DNA of 64,000 nt from an uncultured delta proteobacterium (GCA_963827685.1 CAWHBU010000001.1:352001-416000), one strand, 5' to 3'. Counted from the first letter of the stretch, positions 18,152 to 29,094 are shown. Notes: generated by a model not told the origin, from the sequence alone. A program made the numbers and translations.

Positions 18152-19783
18152 TTAGTTTCCCAATATCGCCCTTTGGTCCTGATCCGGTGTTGAGATAGGC
18201 TGGATATTGAAATTATCCACCAGCACCTTTAGCACATTCGGCGAAACAAAGGCAGGGAGGGATGGTCCGAGCCTAATATTCTTCACCCCCAGGTGGAGCA
18301 AGGTGAGAAGAATAGCCACTGCCTTCTGTTCGTACCAGGAGAGGATCAAAGAGAGAGGCAGTTCGTTGATTCCCACGTTGAAAGCCTTGGACAAGGCTAA
18401 GGCGATCTGAACAGCCGAATAGGCGTCGTTGCACTGGCCTACGTCTAAGAGCCTTGGGATGCCTCCGATATCCCCGAGGTCCTTATCGAAGAAGCGGAAC
18501 TTACCGCATGCCAGGGTAAGAACAACGCAGTCCTTAGGGACTTTTTCCACAAACTCAGTGTAATAGTTACGCCCAGCCTTAGCGCCATCACATCCTCCCA
18601 TAAGGAAGAAGTGACGGATGGCCTTCCCCTTCACCGCCTCAATGACTTTGTCTGCAACGCCTATTACGGTGTTTCTTGCAAAGCCAACCGTGACAGAGCG
18701 GCCATTCCTATCTTCTTGAAAACCCGGCATGGCCATGGCCCTGTCGATCACGGGTTTGAAATTTCTGCCCGAAATGTGTGTGACACCAGGCCATCCCACA
18801 GTGCCACTGGTGAAAATATTGCCCTTGTACGAATCCCTCGGCTTCTGGAGGCAGTTCGTGGTCATCAAGATGGCCCCAGGAAAATCGGCGAATTCCCGGT
18901 TCTGATTCTGCCAGGCCGTTCCGTAATGACCATAAAAATGGGAATATTTTTTTAAGCCTGGATAACCGTGGGCCGGAAGCATCTCTCCATGGGTATAAAC
19001 GTGAATGCCTTTGCCCTCGGTCTGTTTGAGAAGTTCCTCCAAATCCTTGAGATCATGCCCGGAGACCAGGATGGCCTTTCCTTTCTTAGCTCTGAGAGGA
19101 ACCTTTGTAGGAACAGGGTGGCCATAGGTCCCTGTATTGCCTGCGTCAAGAAGTTCCATGGCCCTTAGATTGATCTCTCCACACTTGAGAACCAGTCCCA
19201 CCCAGTCGTTCAGGCTTAAGTCTTTCCTCAGGGTCGCGGCCAATCCTTCATGGATAAAGGCGTAGACCTTATCATCTGTCTGGCCAAGGATTTGAGCATG
19301 ATCCGCATAGGCGGCTACACCCTTTATTCCAAAAATGAGAATATGCTGAAGCGAAAGGATATCAGGATCGATGGTTGGGTCCGATTTGATTCCCACCGCC
19401 TCTCCCTGTTTGACGAGTTCCTCTAAGTGGGTAGCCGGCTTGAAGGTAGCATGCCCCCCTTGAAAATCGACTTTCCCCTTGGCAGCCTTCACCTTTTCTT
19501 TAAGGTTTTCCCTTAAGGTCACACAGTGCTGGATCAATTGAACAAATCGATCCGGATCGAAATTGACGTTTGTCAGCGTAGAAAACATGGCCTTACACGT
19601 AAAATCATTGATCTCCGGATCAACCACTCTCGTCTTTCGGCCTTCCACTGCATAAAGGGACAGCCCTTTAAGGGCATAGATCAGAAGGTCCTGAAGGCTG
19701 GCCACATCCGATTCCTTGCCGCAAACCCCAAGCTTTGTGCATCCTTCCCCTTTTGCCGTCTGTTCACACTGATAACAAAACAT
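18152..19783 (-). CDS. hcp: Hybrid cluster protein (hydroxylamine reductase)
   Basis: MFCYQCEQT...GCTKLGVCGK, SGHDL, YTHGEMLPAH, MTTNC, GCDG, DVGQCND, SWYEQKA. Confidence 0.97.
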   Translation of the reverse strand: MFCYQCEQTAKGEGCTKLGVCGKESDVASLQDLLIYALKGLSLYAVEGRKTRVVDPEINDFTCKAMFSTLTNVNFDPDRFVQLIQHCVTLRENLKEKVKAAKGKVDFQGGHATFKPATHLEELVKQGEAVGIKSDPTIDPDILSLQHILIFGIKGVAAYADHAQILGQTDDKVYAFIHEGLAATLRKDLSLNDWVGLVLKCGEINLRAMELLDAGNTGTYGHPVPTKVPLRAKKGKAILVSGHDLKDLEELLKQTEGKGIHVYTHGEMLPAHGYPGLKKYSHFYGHYGTAWQNQNREFADFPGAILMTTNCLQKPRDSYKGNIFTSGTVGWPGVTHISGRNFKPVIDRAMAMPGFQEDRNGRSVTVGFARNTVIGVADKVIEAVKGKAIRHFFLMGGCDGAKAGRNYYTEFVEKVPKDCVVLTLACGKFRFFDKDLGDIGGIPRLLDVGQCNDAYSAVQIALALSKAFNVGINELPLSLILSWYEQKAVAILLTLLHLGVKNIRLGPSLPAFVSPNVLKVLVDNFNIQPISTPDQDQRAILGN

Positions 19784-19869
19784 AGTTGCTCCTCCTTTTG
19801 GATGAGATGTTATTTAATCGCCATCTCCTAAATACTTCCACATCTATCATCCTTCAGCGATCATGAATT

Positions 19870-20123
19870 GTAGCACTTTAATGCTTTGAAATGGAGTGCC
19901 ATTTGTCCCTTGGTTCCCGCCAAGGCCGGGACTTCCAAAGTTTTAGAATGCGGTCTTTCATATTTTACGCCTTTGAAACGAAGAAAGTGAGCGAAACGCT
20001 ACCATCCCGTTGGAGCCACCTGAATGAACCGGTAAAAGGTTTCCTCTCTAAAACTTTTCCAATCCCGCCCTTAGCGGGAACCGGTGTCACATGGGCCGAT
20101 TTTTCAAAGCGCTGAAGTGTTAC
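19870..20123. mobile_element. ~254-bp non-autonomous IS-derived element (MITE-like)
   Basis: Imperfect 38-bp terminal inverted repeats (19870-19907 vs 20086-20123; 26/38 identical by hand, core GCTTTGAAA); internal CCCGC..GCGGG-type hairpins; no transposase. Confidence 0.55.
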
Positions 20124-20159
20124 CCTTACCTAAAAATAATACTAAAAAATCAATTTGTG

Positions 20160-20175
20160 TTTGACTTAGGTCAAA
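20160..20175 (-). promoter_or_regulatory. CRP/FNR-family (HcpR-type) binding site upstream of hcp
   Basis: Perfect palindrome TTTGAC-TTAG-GTCAAA, with a TAnnnT element about 30 bp toward hcp on the minus strand. Confidence 0.7.
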
Positions 20176-20307
20176 AGGGTGCTTGGGGGCACACACTAAT
20201 TTTTAAACGGTGGGGCATCCATGGAGAGTTGGGATAGTCGAACAGAAAGCAGAGATCAAAAGATGGGGAAGCGTGAGTTTAAGATTAAAGGTTCTAAGAT
20301 GAAGTTT

Positions 20308-22443
20308 TTATTTTCCGATGAGGACAACGGTGCTTCTTGGATTGGCGAGGTAATGATCGGGGGGATCGATTTTTATCTCCTTGCCGACGTCAAGAAAGTC
20401 TTCCCCACTCTTAAGGCTTGTGTCAATGACCCGATACCACTTCTTGCCCTTTGTAAGCGGAGGAAGTTTGATGGATTGTAAATGAAAATCAGCGTTCAGG
20501 ATAAAGAAAAGATAATAATCGCTCCATTCGGATTTTTCTTCGCCTCCGTCGATCTGAAAGCATAAGGTCCGGAGTTCAGGGTCATCCCAGGGAGGCTTTT
20601 CAAGATCTTTTCCAAACCAGGAAAAGTCCGGGATGTGATCGGCATCCAGATCCTCTCCGATAAAGAATTTTCTTCTCTGAAGAATGGTGCATCTTTTTTC
20701 AAAGGCGATGGCCTTCTTGAAAAAAGCAAGAAGGTCCGATTTTTCGTTAACCTCCTCCCACTGAAACCAGCTGATCTCGTTGTCCTGGCAGTAGGCATTG
20801 TTATTGCCCTTCTGTGTTCTCATAAATTCATCGCCGCCGAGGATCATTGGCGTTCCGCATGAAAAAAGGAGATAACAAACATGATTTTTGATCAGTTGCT
20901 TTCTCAGGTTGATGACATTGATATCCTCGGTGTCTCCTTCGACACCGCCATTCCATGAGTCATTGTCATGGGTGCCGTCACGGTTGTCTTCAAGATTCGC
21001 CTCGTTGTGTTTGTCATTATGAGAGACCAGATCGTGGAGGGTGAACCCGTCGTGGCAGGTGATGAAATTGATGCTGTTATAGGCAGACCTTCCGTCCTCA
21101 CCGTACAGATCGGCAGAACCCGTTAATCTCCAGCCGAGATCCTTTACCTGCCCTGCATCCCCTTTGCCGTATTTCCTCATCGTATCCCTGAATTTTCCAT
21201 TCCATTCAGACCAGTCTATCGGGAAATTTCCAACCTGATAGGTCCCGATGTCCCAGGGTTCGGCAATGAGCTTGACATGGTTTAATACGGGGTCCTGTGC
21301 GATCGCATCAAAGAAGGAAGCGGATTTTTGAAAGAAGCCGTCTTCCCGGCCTAGGACCGAGGCAAGGTCGAATCGAAAGCCGTCCACATGCATTACCTCA
21401 ACCCAATAGCGAAGCGAGTCCATCACGAATCGGATGACATGGGGATTGGCGAGATTAAGACTATTCCCGCACCCTGTATAGTTCATGTAATAACGGTAGG
21501 GCTCGTGGGGAGTGCCTGACAGGCAGTAATAGGTGGGGTTATCAATCCCCTTAAAGCAGAGAGTCGGCCCGAGCTCATTTCCTTCGCCTGAGTGGTTGTA
21601 AACCACATCCAGGATGACCTCCATTCCGGCCCGATGAAGTTCGCGTACCAGGGTCTTAAATTCATTCACCTGACAGCCGGAAGACCTCTTTGTACAGTAG
21701 GACGATTCAGGTGCGAAAAAACCGATGGTATTATACCCCCAGTAATTTGTCAGTCCTTTGTTGAGCAGAATATCTTCAACATAGAATTCATGGAGGGGAA
21801 GAAACTCCACGGCATTGATTCCCAAATCCTTCAGGTAAGGTATCTTTTCAATAAAGCCCGGATAGGTCCCCGGGTTTTTGACCCCTGACGATCGGTGGGC
21901 TGTAAACCCCTTTAGATGGACTTCATAAATAATCAACTCGTGAAAGGGGATATCCGGAGGAGCGTCTCCCTGCCAGTCGAAATGATCATCCACAACAATG
22001 GACTTGGGGACGACCAAGGTATTGTCACGATTATCTTTTGAAAGATCTTTCACGGGTGAACCGGGATCATAGGCGAGCAGGAGATTATCAACATTTCTAA
22101 GCTTACCCGTAAAAGCCTTGGCATAGGGGTCGATGAGGAGCTTGTTTTCGTTGAAACGCATCCCATAGGCAGGATTGAAATCACCCTTGATTTTGTACCC
22201 GTACAGTTGTCCCGCCTTTAACCCGTGGACAAATGCATACCATATATACTTCGTACGATTTTCGAGCTTGATGATGTCCGTGGGTTCTTCATCCGGTCTG
22301 TCAAATAATAAAAGAAATACCTCGCTGGCATACTGCGAATAAATTGCGAAATTAACACCCTCTTCATATAAAGTGGCGCCGAGAGGGTGATATTTGCCCA
22401 TTGAAATTTGTCTGTTTGTTTTGTGTTCTAATTCGTATGCCAT
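20308..22443 (-). CDS. glgX: Glycogen debranching enzyme (isoamylase, GH13)
   Basis: PLGAT, LLIDPYAK, IYEVHLKGFT, NYWGYN, DVVYNH, DGFRFDLA, IAEPWD, CHDGFTL. Confidence 0.96.
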   Translation of the reverse strand: MAYELEHKTNRQISMGKYHPLGATLYEEGVNFAIYSQYASEVFLLLFDRPDEEPTDIIKLENRTKYIWYAFVHGLKAGQLYGYKIKGDFNPAYGMRFNENKLLIDPYAKAFTGKLRNVDNLLLAYDPGSPVKDLSKDNRDNTLVVPKSIVVDDHFDWQGDAPPDIPFHELIIYEVHLKGFTAHRSSGVKNPGTYPGFIEKIPYLKDLGINAVEFLPLHEFYVEDILLNKGLTNYWGYNTIGFFAPESSYCTKRSSGCQVNEFKTLVRELHRAGMEVILDVVYNHSGEGNELGPTLCFKGIDNPTYYCLSGTPHEPYRYYMNYTGCGNSLNLANPHVIRFVMDSLRYWVEVMHVDGFRFDLASVLGREDGFFQKSASFFDAIAQDPVLNHVKLIAEPWDIGTYQVGNFPIDWSEWNGKFRDTMRKYGKGDAGQVKDLGWRLTGSADLYGEDGRSAYNSINFITCHDGFTLHDLVSHNDKHNEANLEDNRDGTHDNDSWNGGVEGDTEDINVINLRKQLIKNHVCYLLFSCGTPMILGGDEFMRTQKGNNNAYCQDNEISWFQWEEVNEKSDLLAFFKKAIAFEKRCTILQRRKFFIGEDLDADHIPDFSWFGKDLEKPPWDDPELRTLCFQIDGGEEKSEWSDYYLFFILNADFHLQSIKLPPLTKGKKWYRVIDTSLKSGEDFLDVGKEIKIDPPDHYLANPRSTVVLIGK

Positions 22444-22551
22444 CTCTTAGGATTTTTCTTCTATAAACCTTAGTTCAGATGCTTCGGCCCTATGCTCAGC
22501 ATATGCAAACTGGTGAGTCTCGTCAAGTTAAAATAGGGGAAGAAAATCTGC

Positions 22552-22579
22552 TTGACAACCTAAACGGTCTTGTTATTAT
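22552..22579 (+). promoter_or_regulatory. Sigma70-type promoter
   Basis: TTGACA followed by TG-n-TATTAT at near-canonical spacing. Confidence 0.55.
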
Positions 22580-22734
22580 GGCGGAAAGTTAGGTTTTTGG
22601 TTTAATCCCATGAGACGGGGAAGAATAGAAATTTATCAAAGGAGGAGGTGAATATTGAGTTGCATTACGCCAATAGTAGTCGTGCATAGCCGCCATTCAT
22701 TTCTTGCTAAAAGTTTGTCGAAAAGGAGGAAAAC

Positions 22735-24540
22735 ATGAATCAATTTGGTTCGTCTACAGGGAAGGTGCATTGGGTCTTGGTTTTGGCCCTTTTGCTTATT
22801 TTAATCGGTGGTTTCATCGCGTATCGGACACAAACCGACAGGGGAAACATCGCCATCCGAGATGTCCGATTTATGGGGTCTAACAATACCATGATGAGCG
22901 CTTTACTCTATGTACCCAAGGGAGTAGACGCAAAAAATAAAGCCCCAGGTATTTTAGCCATCCACGGGTATATTAATTCCCGTGAGACGCAGGACGGCTT
23001 TGCCATTGAATTTGCTCGTCGAGGATATGTTGTCCTGGCCCTGGATCAAACAGGCCATGGCTATTCCGATCCCCCGGCTTTTGCCAATGGTTTTGGTGGC
23101 ATAGATGGGCTGAAATATTTACGGTCATTGGATATGGTCGACCTTGACAACATAGGGATGGAAGGACACTCCATGGGGGGTTGGGCAATAGGCATTGCCG
23201 CGGCCGTGATGAAGGACGCTTATAAGTCTTGTGTTTTTGCCGACTCCTCTACTGGAACTTATGGCTGTCCGGATGGCACCCCGACTTATCCCCGGAATAT
23301 GGGCCTCATCTTCGCCAAATATGACGAGTTTTCAGCTTTAATGTGGTTATCCCCGGTTCCCAGTAATATTGTTAAATCCGACAAACTGAAAAAGGTTTTC
23401 GATACCCAGGAGGATGTGGTGGTTGGAAAGCTATACGGGTCCATTGAAGAAGGCACAGCCCGTAAGCTGTATCAACCTTCCATGACCCACGCCCGAGTTC
23501 ATCTCTCAAAAGAGGGCATTGGAAATGCCGTTGAATGGTTTCAAATGACCTTGAAAGGGGGAAAAAACCTGCCCCCATCGAACCAGACCTGGTACTGGAA
23601 AGAGTTTTTTAACTTAGTGGCCATGGTCGGGATGGTCATCCTTCTTGTTGCGTTGGGAGGATACCTGCTTAAGACCAATTACTTTAAAGGGCTCCAAGAG
23701 GAACCGGCCCCAAAAAAATCCATGACTGGAGGAGGATGGTGGATCGGTGCGCTGATCATGGTGCTCCTTCCGCTCCCGATCTATGTGTTGGCCTGGGTCT
23801 GGCATTGGAGCAGCAAAGGAATAGCGAAAGAGTCCTTCCTATGGCCGGAGCAAATTACAACTGTCATCATGTTTTGGGCTTTTTACGTGGCCATCGTTTC
23901 ACTGATTCTTTTCTTGGTCTGGTATTTCCTGACCAAAAAGAAATCAGGAGCCACCTCGGTCAATTTGGGATTGACCTGGAAGGACGAAGGCTTGAAATGG
24001 GGTAAAATCGGTAGATCATTCCTCCTGGCCTTTGTTATCGTCTTTATTGCCCATCTCACTCTGGCCATCTCGACCTGGTTGTTTCAGACGGACTACCGTT
24101 TTTGGGTCTTTGCCATCAAGCCGCTGGATGCTCTTCATTTCGGCATCACTCTGGGCTATATTATCCCCTTTCTCTTCTATTTTATCATTCTAGGGATTGT
24201 GTTGCACGGACAGATGCGACCGGGAAAACCTGATGCGGCCATGGGTATGGGAAAAGAAACGATCATCAATATAGTTTTGTTGATCCTCGGATATTTTATT
24301 TTTCTGGCGTGGGACTATAGCTCGCTCTTTGCCGGTGGGACACTGCGGCTCGCTTCAATCCGCTCCGCCAGTCTATTTGGTATCGTTCTGTTCCAGTATA
24401 TCCCCATATTTGCTATCGTAGGGTGGGTCACAACCTATTTCTATCGAAAAACAGGCCACATCTATGTGGGCGCCTTTCTCAATACTATGCTGATTACCTG
24501 GATCATCGTGGCAGGTCAGGCGATCCACTTCAAACTCTAA
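22735..24540 (+). CDS. Alpha/beta hydrolase fused to a C-terminal multi-pass membrane domain
   Basis: N-terminal TM, IHGY, GHGYS, nucleophile GHSMG, then roughly 8 hydrophobic helices. Confidence 0.8.
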   Translation: MNQFGSSTGKVHWVLVLALLLILIGGFIAYRTQTDRGNIAIRDVRFMGSNNTMMSALLYVPKGVDAKNKAPGILAIHGYINSRETQDGFAIEFARRGYVVLALDQTGHGYSDPPAFANGFGGIDGLKYLRSLDMVDLDNIGMEGHSMGGWAIGIAAAVMKDAYKSCVFADSSTGTYGCPDGTPTYPRNMGLIFAKYDEFSALMWLSPVPSNIVKSDKLKKVFDTQEDVVVGKLYGSIEEGTARKLYQPSMTHARVHLSKEGIGNAVEWFQMTLKGGKNLPPSNQTWYWKEFFNLVAMVGMVILLVALGGYLLKTNYFKGLQEEPAPKKSMTGGGWWIGALIMVLLPLPIYVLAWVWHWSSKGIAKESFLWPEQITTVIMFWAFYVAIVSLILFLVWYFLTKKKSGATSVNLGLTWKDEGLKWGKIGRSFLLAFVIVFIAHLTLAISTWLFQTDYRFWVFAIKPLDALHFGITLGYIIPFLFYFIILGIVLHGQMRPGKPDAAMGMGKETIINIVLLILGYFIFLAWDYSSLFAGGTLRLASIRSASLFGIVLFQYIPIFAIVGWVTTYFYRKTGHIYVGAFLNTMLITWIIVAGQAIHFKL

Positions 24541-24587
24541 AGATTTTCACCTGTTTTAACAACAGGTGACGATTTATCCGGAAACTG

Positions 24588-24635
24588 GACCTCCTGGGCT
24601 GCTTAATGCTACTCCAAGCAGCTCAGGAGGTCTTT
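24588..24635 (+). terminator. Probable intrinsic terminator
   Basis: GACCTCCTGGGCTGCTT...AAGCAGCTCAGGAGGTC followed by TTT. Confidence 0.65.
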
Positions 24636-24810
24636 AACGTGACAGGTAATACCTTAATGCAAGTGAGATAGTCGTTGGACATGATGCCTTAGGGATATCC
24701 GGATTGTGTTCGAGACGGATACGATTTCTCGCTCACCCTTGACCGTGCCTCACATTCGGCCTTGATTTATTGGCAGAACCAACTTTTGCTTTGGGGAGGA
24801 ATCTATTTTT

Positions 24811-26316
24811 ATGGAAAAAGAATATATCATGGCCCTGGATCAGGGAACCACGAGTTCCCGAGCGGTGATTTTCGACCACCAGGGGAAGATTATTAGTATA
24901 GCAGCCAAGGAGTTCAGGCAGATTTTTCCCCAGCCTGGATGGGTAGAACATGACCCTATGGAAATATGGGACACGCAAATGGAAGCTGCCCAGCGGGCTC
25001 TTGATTCCGCCAACCTTTCGCCTCAACAAATCGCCGCCATCGGGGTCACCAACCAGCGGGAGACCACTTTAATCTGGGACAGGGAGAGCGGCCGGCCAGT
25101 GTATAATGCCATTGTGTGGCAGTGCCGCAGGACCGCCCCGAATTGTTCCAGAATCAAAAAGACGAAATTCGCCCAAAAGATTCGCAGGAAAACTGGATTG
25201 GTGATCGACGCCTATTTTTCAGCCACGAAGATCCAGTGGATTTTGGGCCATCAAAAAACGATCCGCCGAGCAGCGGAAAGAGGGGAGCTGGCCTTTGGCA
25301 CAGTGGATAGTTGGTTGCTGTACAATCTGACAGGGAAGAAACTCCATATCACGGATTATTCTAACGCTTCCCGCACGATGCTTTACAACATTCATAATCT
25401 TTCGTGGGATGAGGAGATCTTAGAATATTTGCATATTCCCGAACGAATCTTGCCGGCTGTCAAAGCTTCCAGTGAAATTTACGGAAGCACATCTCCCGGA
25501 GCCTTCTTAGGTATGGAGATCCCCGTCGCAGGAATCGTGGGAGATCAACAAGGAGCTCTTTTCGGCCAAACCTGCTTCCGCAAAGGCCTTTCCAAGAATA
25601 CCTATGGAACAGGTTGCTTTTTGCTGATGAATATAGGGGGAAAGCCAGTGCTTTCCAGGAAAAACCTTCTGACGACAATCGCCTGGGGGATCGGCCGGAA
25701 AATTGAATATGCTTTAGAGGGAAGCGTCTTTATCGGCGGGGCTGTAGTCCAATGGCTCCGGGACGGCCTGCGGATGATTCAGCAAGCTTCCGAAAGTGAA
25801 AGGCTGGCCAGTAGCATCCAATCCAATGATGGCGTCTATTTTGTCCCGGCCTTCGTCGGCTTGGGAGCACCCTACTGGGATATGTATGCCCGGGGAGCCA
25901 TTTTGGGAATTACCCGGGGAACGACGCCCGCTCATATTGCCCGGGCCGCCTTAGAGTCGATTGCCTATCAGACGAAGGATGTACTGGAATGCATGGAGGA
26001 GGATTCCGGAATGAAGCTGAAGGAATTGCGGGTGGATGGAGGGGCGGCCGCCAATGAGTTTTTGATGCAATTTCAAGCCGACATTCTGGGGGTTCCGGTA
26101 GTCATCCAGGAGATAACTGAGACGACCGCCTTGGGAGCCGCCTACATGGCTGGTTTGGCCGTAGGGTTTTGGAAGGATCAACAGCAAATTGCCGCCAATT
26201 ATACCGTAAAGAGGAAATTTGTTCCTCGGATGAGTTCCAAACAGAGAGAATCCCTTTACCGGAAGTGGAAGATGGCCGTTGAAAGGGCAAGGGCTTGGGA
26301 ACAAGAGAAATCGTAG
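24811..26316 (+). CDS. glpK: Glycerol kinase
   Basis: [55 protein letters not shown]. Confidence 0.97.
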   Translation: MEKEYIMALDQGTTSSRAVIFDHQGKIISIAAKEFRQIFPQPGWVEHDPMEIWDTQMEAAQRALDSANLSPQQIAAIGVTNQRETTLIWDRESGRPVYNAIVWQCRRTAPNCSRIKKTKFAQKIRRKTGLVIDAYFSATKIQWILGHQKTIRRAAERGELAFGTVDSWLLYNLTGKKLHITDYSNASRTMLYNIHNLSWDEEILEYLHIPERILPAVKASSEIYGSTSPGAFLGMEIPVAGIVGDQQGALFGQTCFRKGLSKNTYGTGCFLLMNIGGKPVLSRKNLLTTIAWGIGRKIEYALEGSVFIGGAVVQWLRDGLRMIQQASESERLASSIQSNDGVYFVPAFVGLGAPYWDMYARGAILGITRGTTPAHIARAALESIAYQTKDVLECMEEDSGMKLKELRVDGGAAANEFLMQFQADILGVPVVIQEITETTALGAAYMAGLAVGFWKDQQQIAANYTVKRKFVPRMSSKQRESLYRKWKMAVERARAWEQEKS

Positions 26317-26694
26317 GGCGCGAAGGAACCGAGGGTTAAGATCGAATTTTTATTCGTAAATATTTATCGGTGTGTCACCCATAGAGAAGTTGGCCCTGTC
26401 AACTAAAAACGAGGATGATGAGGTGAGGAGACGGGGTTTTGGAGAAATAGAATCTTCGTTGGAAAAGGATTTAATTTTAATACAGGGCACATCCTATTTT
26501 CAGATTTTAGCCTGCTGTTGATACCACCTGAAGGTTAAACTATTTCCAATTTGGATTTTCCCCTTTTAAATTTGTTTGACAGGATGACTATTTTGCGTAT
26601 TATGGTAATATCGTGATGGTCTTCCGATAATCATCATGATGATAGTAAAATACTCCAAGATCGATCTACGCTACCAGGAGAGGAGGAATGCCCA

Positions 26695-27069
26695 ATGAAA
26701 CGATATACTGCAAAATTTCTGTTCGGCATGGTTTTGGTCTTAACGATTGTTCTGAGTGGTTTTTCCATTTCTTCCGCCATAGATACGACTGCCGAAAAGA
26801 TTGTTACCAATAAAGATTCCTATGACGGGAAGGAGGTCTCGGTTTCGGGTACTGTTTCGAATCTAAAATTCAAAACAGCAAACGTTAAAGACGACTATAC
26901 GACATTTATACTCGTTGGTGAATCTGGGGGTCGTATCAATGTCTTTATCTGGGGAAGCCCGAAACTCCAGCCAGGGCAAAAGGTCCAAGTAACGGGCCGT
27001 TATCAAAAGGTCAGGAGATGGGCCCAGCGCAATTATTACAACGAAATAGAGGCATCGGAAGTCAAATGA
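26695..27069 (+). CDS. Small secreted OB-fold-like protein
   Basis: Signal peptide; YDGKEVSVSGTV, GQKVQVTG and NEIEA strands typical of OB folds; good SD. Confidence 0.65.
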   Translation: MKRYTAKFLFGMVLVLTIVLSGFSISSAIDTTAEKIVTNKDSYDGKEVSVSGTVSNLKFKTANVKDDYTTFILVGESGGRINVFIWGSPKLQPGQKVQVTGRYQKVRRWAQRNYYNEIEASEVK

Positions 27070-27141
27070 ATGTGAAGTGGATAGAAATTTGCAGGTTATA
27101 TTGAAAAGTAATCTGAGATGCGGCAGGTCGATGCGTGAATT

Positions 27142-27363
27142 AGGCGGTTGGAACTTCTGAAGCTTCTTCAAGAGATGGCCGCTCTGGGACATGCCCAATT
27201 CATCATTGCCACCCACTCTCCAATTCTTTTGGCTTGCCCTGGATCTGTGATTTGCAGTTTTAATCGTAGCCCATTGAAAACAATTCAATATGAGGATACA
27301 GAACATTAAAGAATTTATAAAAACTTTATGGTAAACCCCGGCAAGTACTTTCAAGGGGAATGA
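27142..27363 (+). pseudogene. C-terminal remnant of an ABC/AAA-type ATPase gene
   Basis: RRLELLKLLQEMAALGHAQFIIATHSPILLACPG...YEDTEH*RIYKNFM contains the H-loop IIATHSP, a premature TAA at 27307 and no Walker motifs. Confidence 0.7.
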
Positions 27364-27581
27364 TCGAGGTAAAACTTTAGATACAAATAAAAGAGGGCAG
27401 CAGACCCTCTGCCTTTCATTTTTCATCCAAACAATCCGGCTCCGTTCGAGAAAAGCCCTCAGAAGAGAGACGGGAATTCAACACCGCACTTCTTTAGTGA
27501 TCTGCTTGCTCATGGTGAAATCGGTCTATTATAATTAGCAATAAATGAGTTTAAAGAATAGATCCCCTATGGAAATAGACC

Positions 27582-28545
27582 ATGAATGAAGTGGCTCAGT
27601 TTCTGATTGAGCGGGGGTATATCGTCCTCTTCTCGTGGGTACTTTTTGGACAACTCGGTATCCCGATTCCCGTTGTTCCAATATTGCTCGCAGCGGGTGC
27701 ATTGGCCGGTATCGGAAAACTAAATTTTGCACTTGTTTTCAGTTCAGCCTTTCTGGCAGCGTTGTTAAGCGATCAAGTCTGGTACCAGATCGGCCTCCGC
27801 CGTGGAAGTAAAGTTTTATCTTTCCTGTGCCGCATCTCCTTGGACCCCGATTCCTGTGTTCGACGTACAAAAAGGATTTTTGCTCGCTATGGTGCTCGTT
27901 CACTCCTGGTCGCCAAGTTCTTTCCGGGAATGGCTACGCTTGCATCCCCTCTTGCAGGAATCTCCCGCATGCGTCTTCTTCACTTTCTTTGATGGTCTTG
28001 GAGCCTTTATCTGGGTGGGTATCTTCACCTTAGTCGGTTATCAGTTTGGCCACGAGATCGAAGAGCATGTCGTCGACATCCGTGGTGTGGGTCCTTGGAT
28101 AGGGTTCGTCGTTCCGATAGGCTTAGGGGCTTATATCTTCTGGAAATATATGCAGCGCCAACGGTTTCTCCATCAGTTAACCATTGCGCGAATCACTCCT
28201 GAAGAAGTGAAACGGAAACTTGATGTCGGTGAAGACATTTTAATTCTGGATCTGCGTGATGCCTTCGAATGTGAGATGGATCCTCGCACCATTCCCGGTG
28301 CCTTTCATCTCTCCGTTGAAGAGCTGGAGGAGCAACATCAGAAGATCCCCAGGGGCCGTGAGATCGTCTTGTTTTGCACCTGACCCAATGAGGCTTCAAG
28401 CGCCAGGGCGGCGCTGTTATTAAAGCAGCGGGGGATCAAACAAGTCCGCCCCCTTGCCGGAGGTCTTGGCGCCTGGGTCGAAAAAGACTTTCCTGTTGAG
28501 TTCCTAAACCTTCGGCCGTCGCCAGCGATCCTTCCACCCGAGTGA
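27582..28545 (+). CDS. DedA/VTT-rhodanese fusion, probable selenoprotein; frameshift near 27990
   Basis: DedA motifs QLGIPIP, DQVWYQIG, AKFFPG; rhodanese ILDLR, IPGA, LFCT-UGA-PNEASSARAA...PLAGGLGAW continuing in frame to TGA 28543. Confidence 0.8.
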
Positions 28546-28737
28546 TTTCAAGAAACAGGATCGCCAAGATTAAATTTATTCTCCTTCCATATATTCTGGC
28601 TGAATCACTTCGATGCGACAAAGACTTCATGGAGGTATAAAAATAGTGACACTGTTTTATCTTTTTCATTACAACTCGGAGGTTGAAATCTAAGAAGAGA
28701 CAATGATATTCTAATAGAGTTCGAACTTTTCAAAGAT

Positions 28738-29094
28738 ATGTTAGGGAGACCCGAGATGGTAACTAAAAACTTTCCCAAAGAGGTTAAGAAATTTGAAATA
28801 GAGACCTATGAAAGGCCGAAAAACTTGAAAGAGTTACGGAAAACTCATGCTCCCTTTACCGGTTCACCCCTCAAACATCCCAATGATCCTAAGAAGATCA
28901 TCTTAGTGCCAAATCCTTATGGCAGCAGTCCCTTCTATTATGAGTTCAAAAGCGATGATGTCACCTATGCGGAGCAACTTCCGAGTATTGTGAACTTAGA
29001 GGGCGAAACCGTTACCATGGTCAGATTTTGGGTGAAAAAAATGAGTGTGGGAATCCTCTGCACCCCTTTTTTAGTGGAAGAGATTAAAACTTAG
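28738..29094 (+). CDS. Hypothetical protein
   Basis: Clean ORF with normal composition (FTGSPLKHP, FYYEF); no catalytic motif recognised. Start could be ATG 28756. Confidence 0.65.
   Translation: MLGRPEMVTKNFPKEVKKFEIETYERPKNLKELRKTHAPFTGSPLKHPNDPKKIILVPNPYGSSPFYYEFKSDDVTYAEQLPSIVNLEGETVTMVRFWVKKMSVGILCTPFLVEEIKT

Noticed and set aside
26630-26643. Perfect palindrome ATCATCATGATGAT upstream of the OB-fold gene
   Set aside because: Low-complexity trinucleotide palindrome, single copy, with no candidate regulator nearby.
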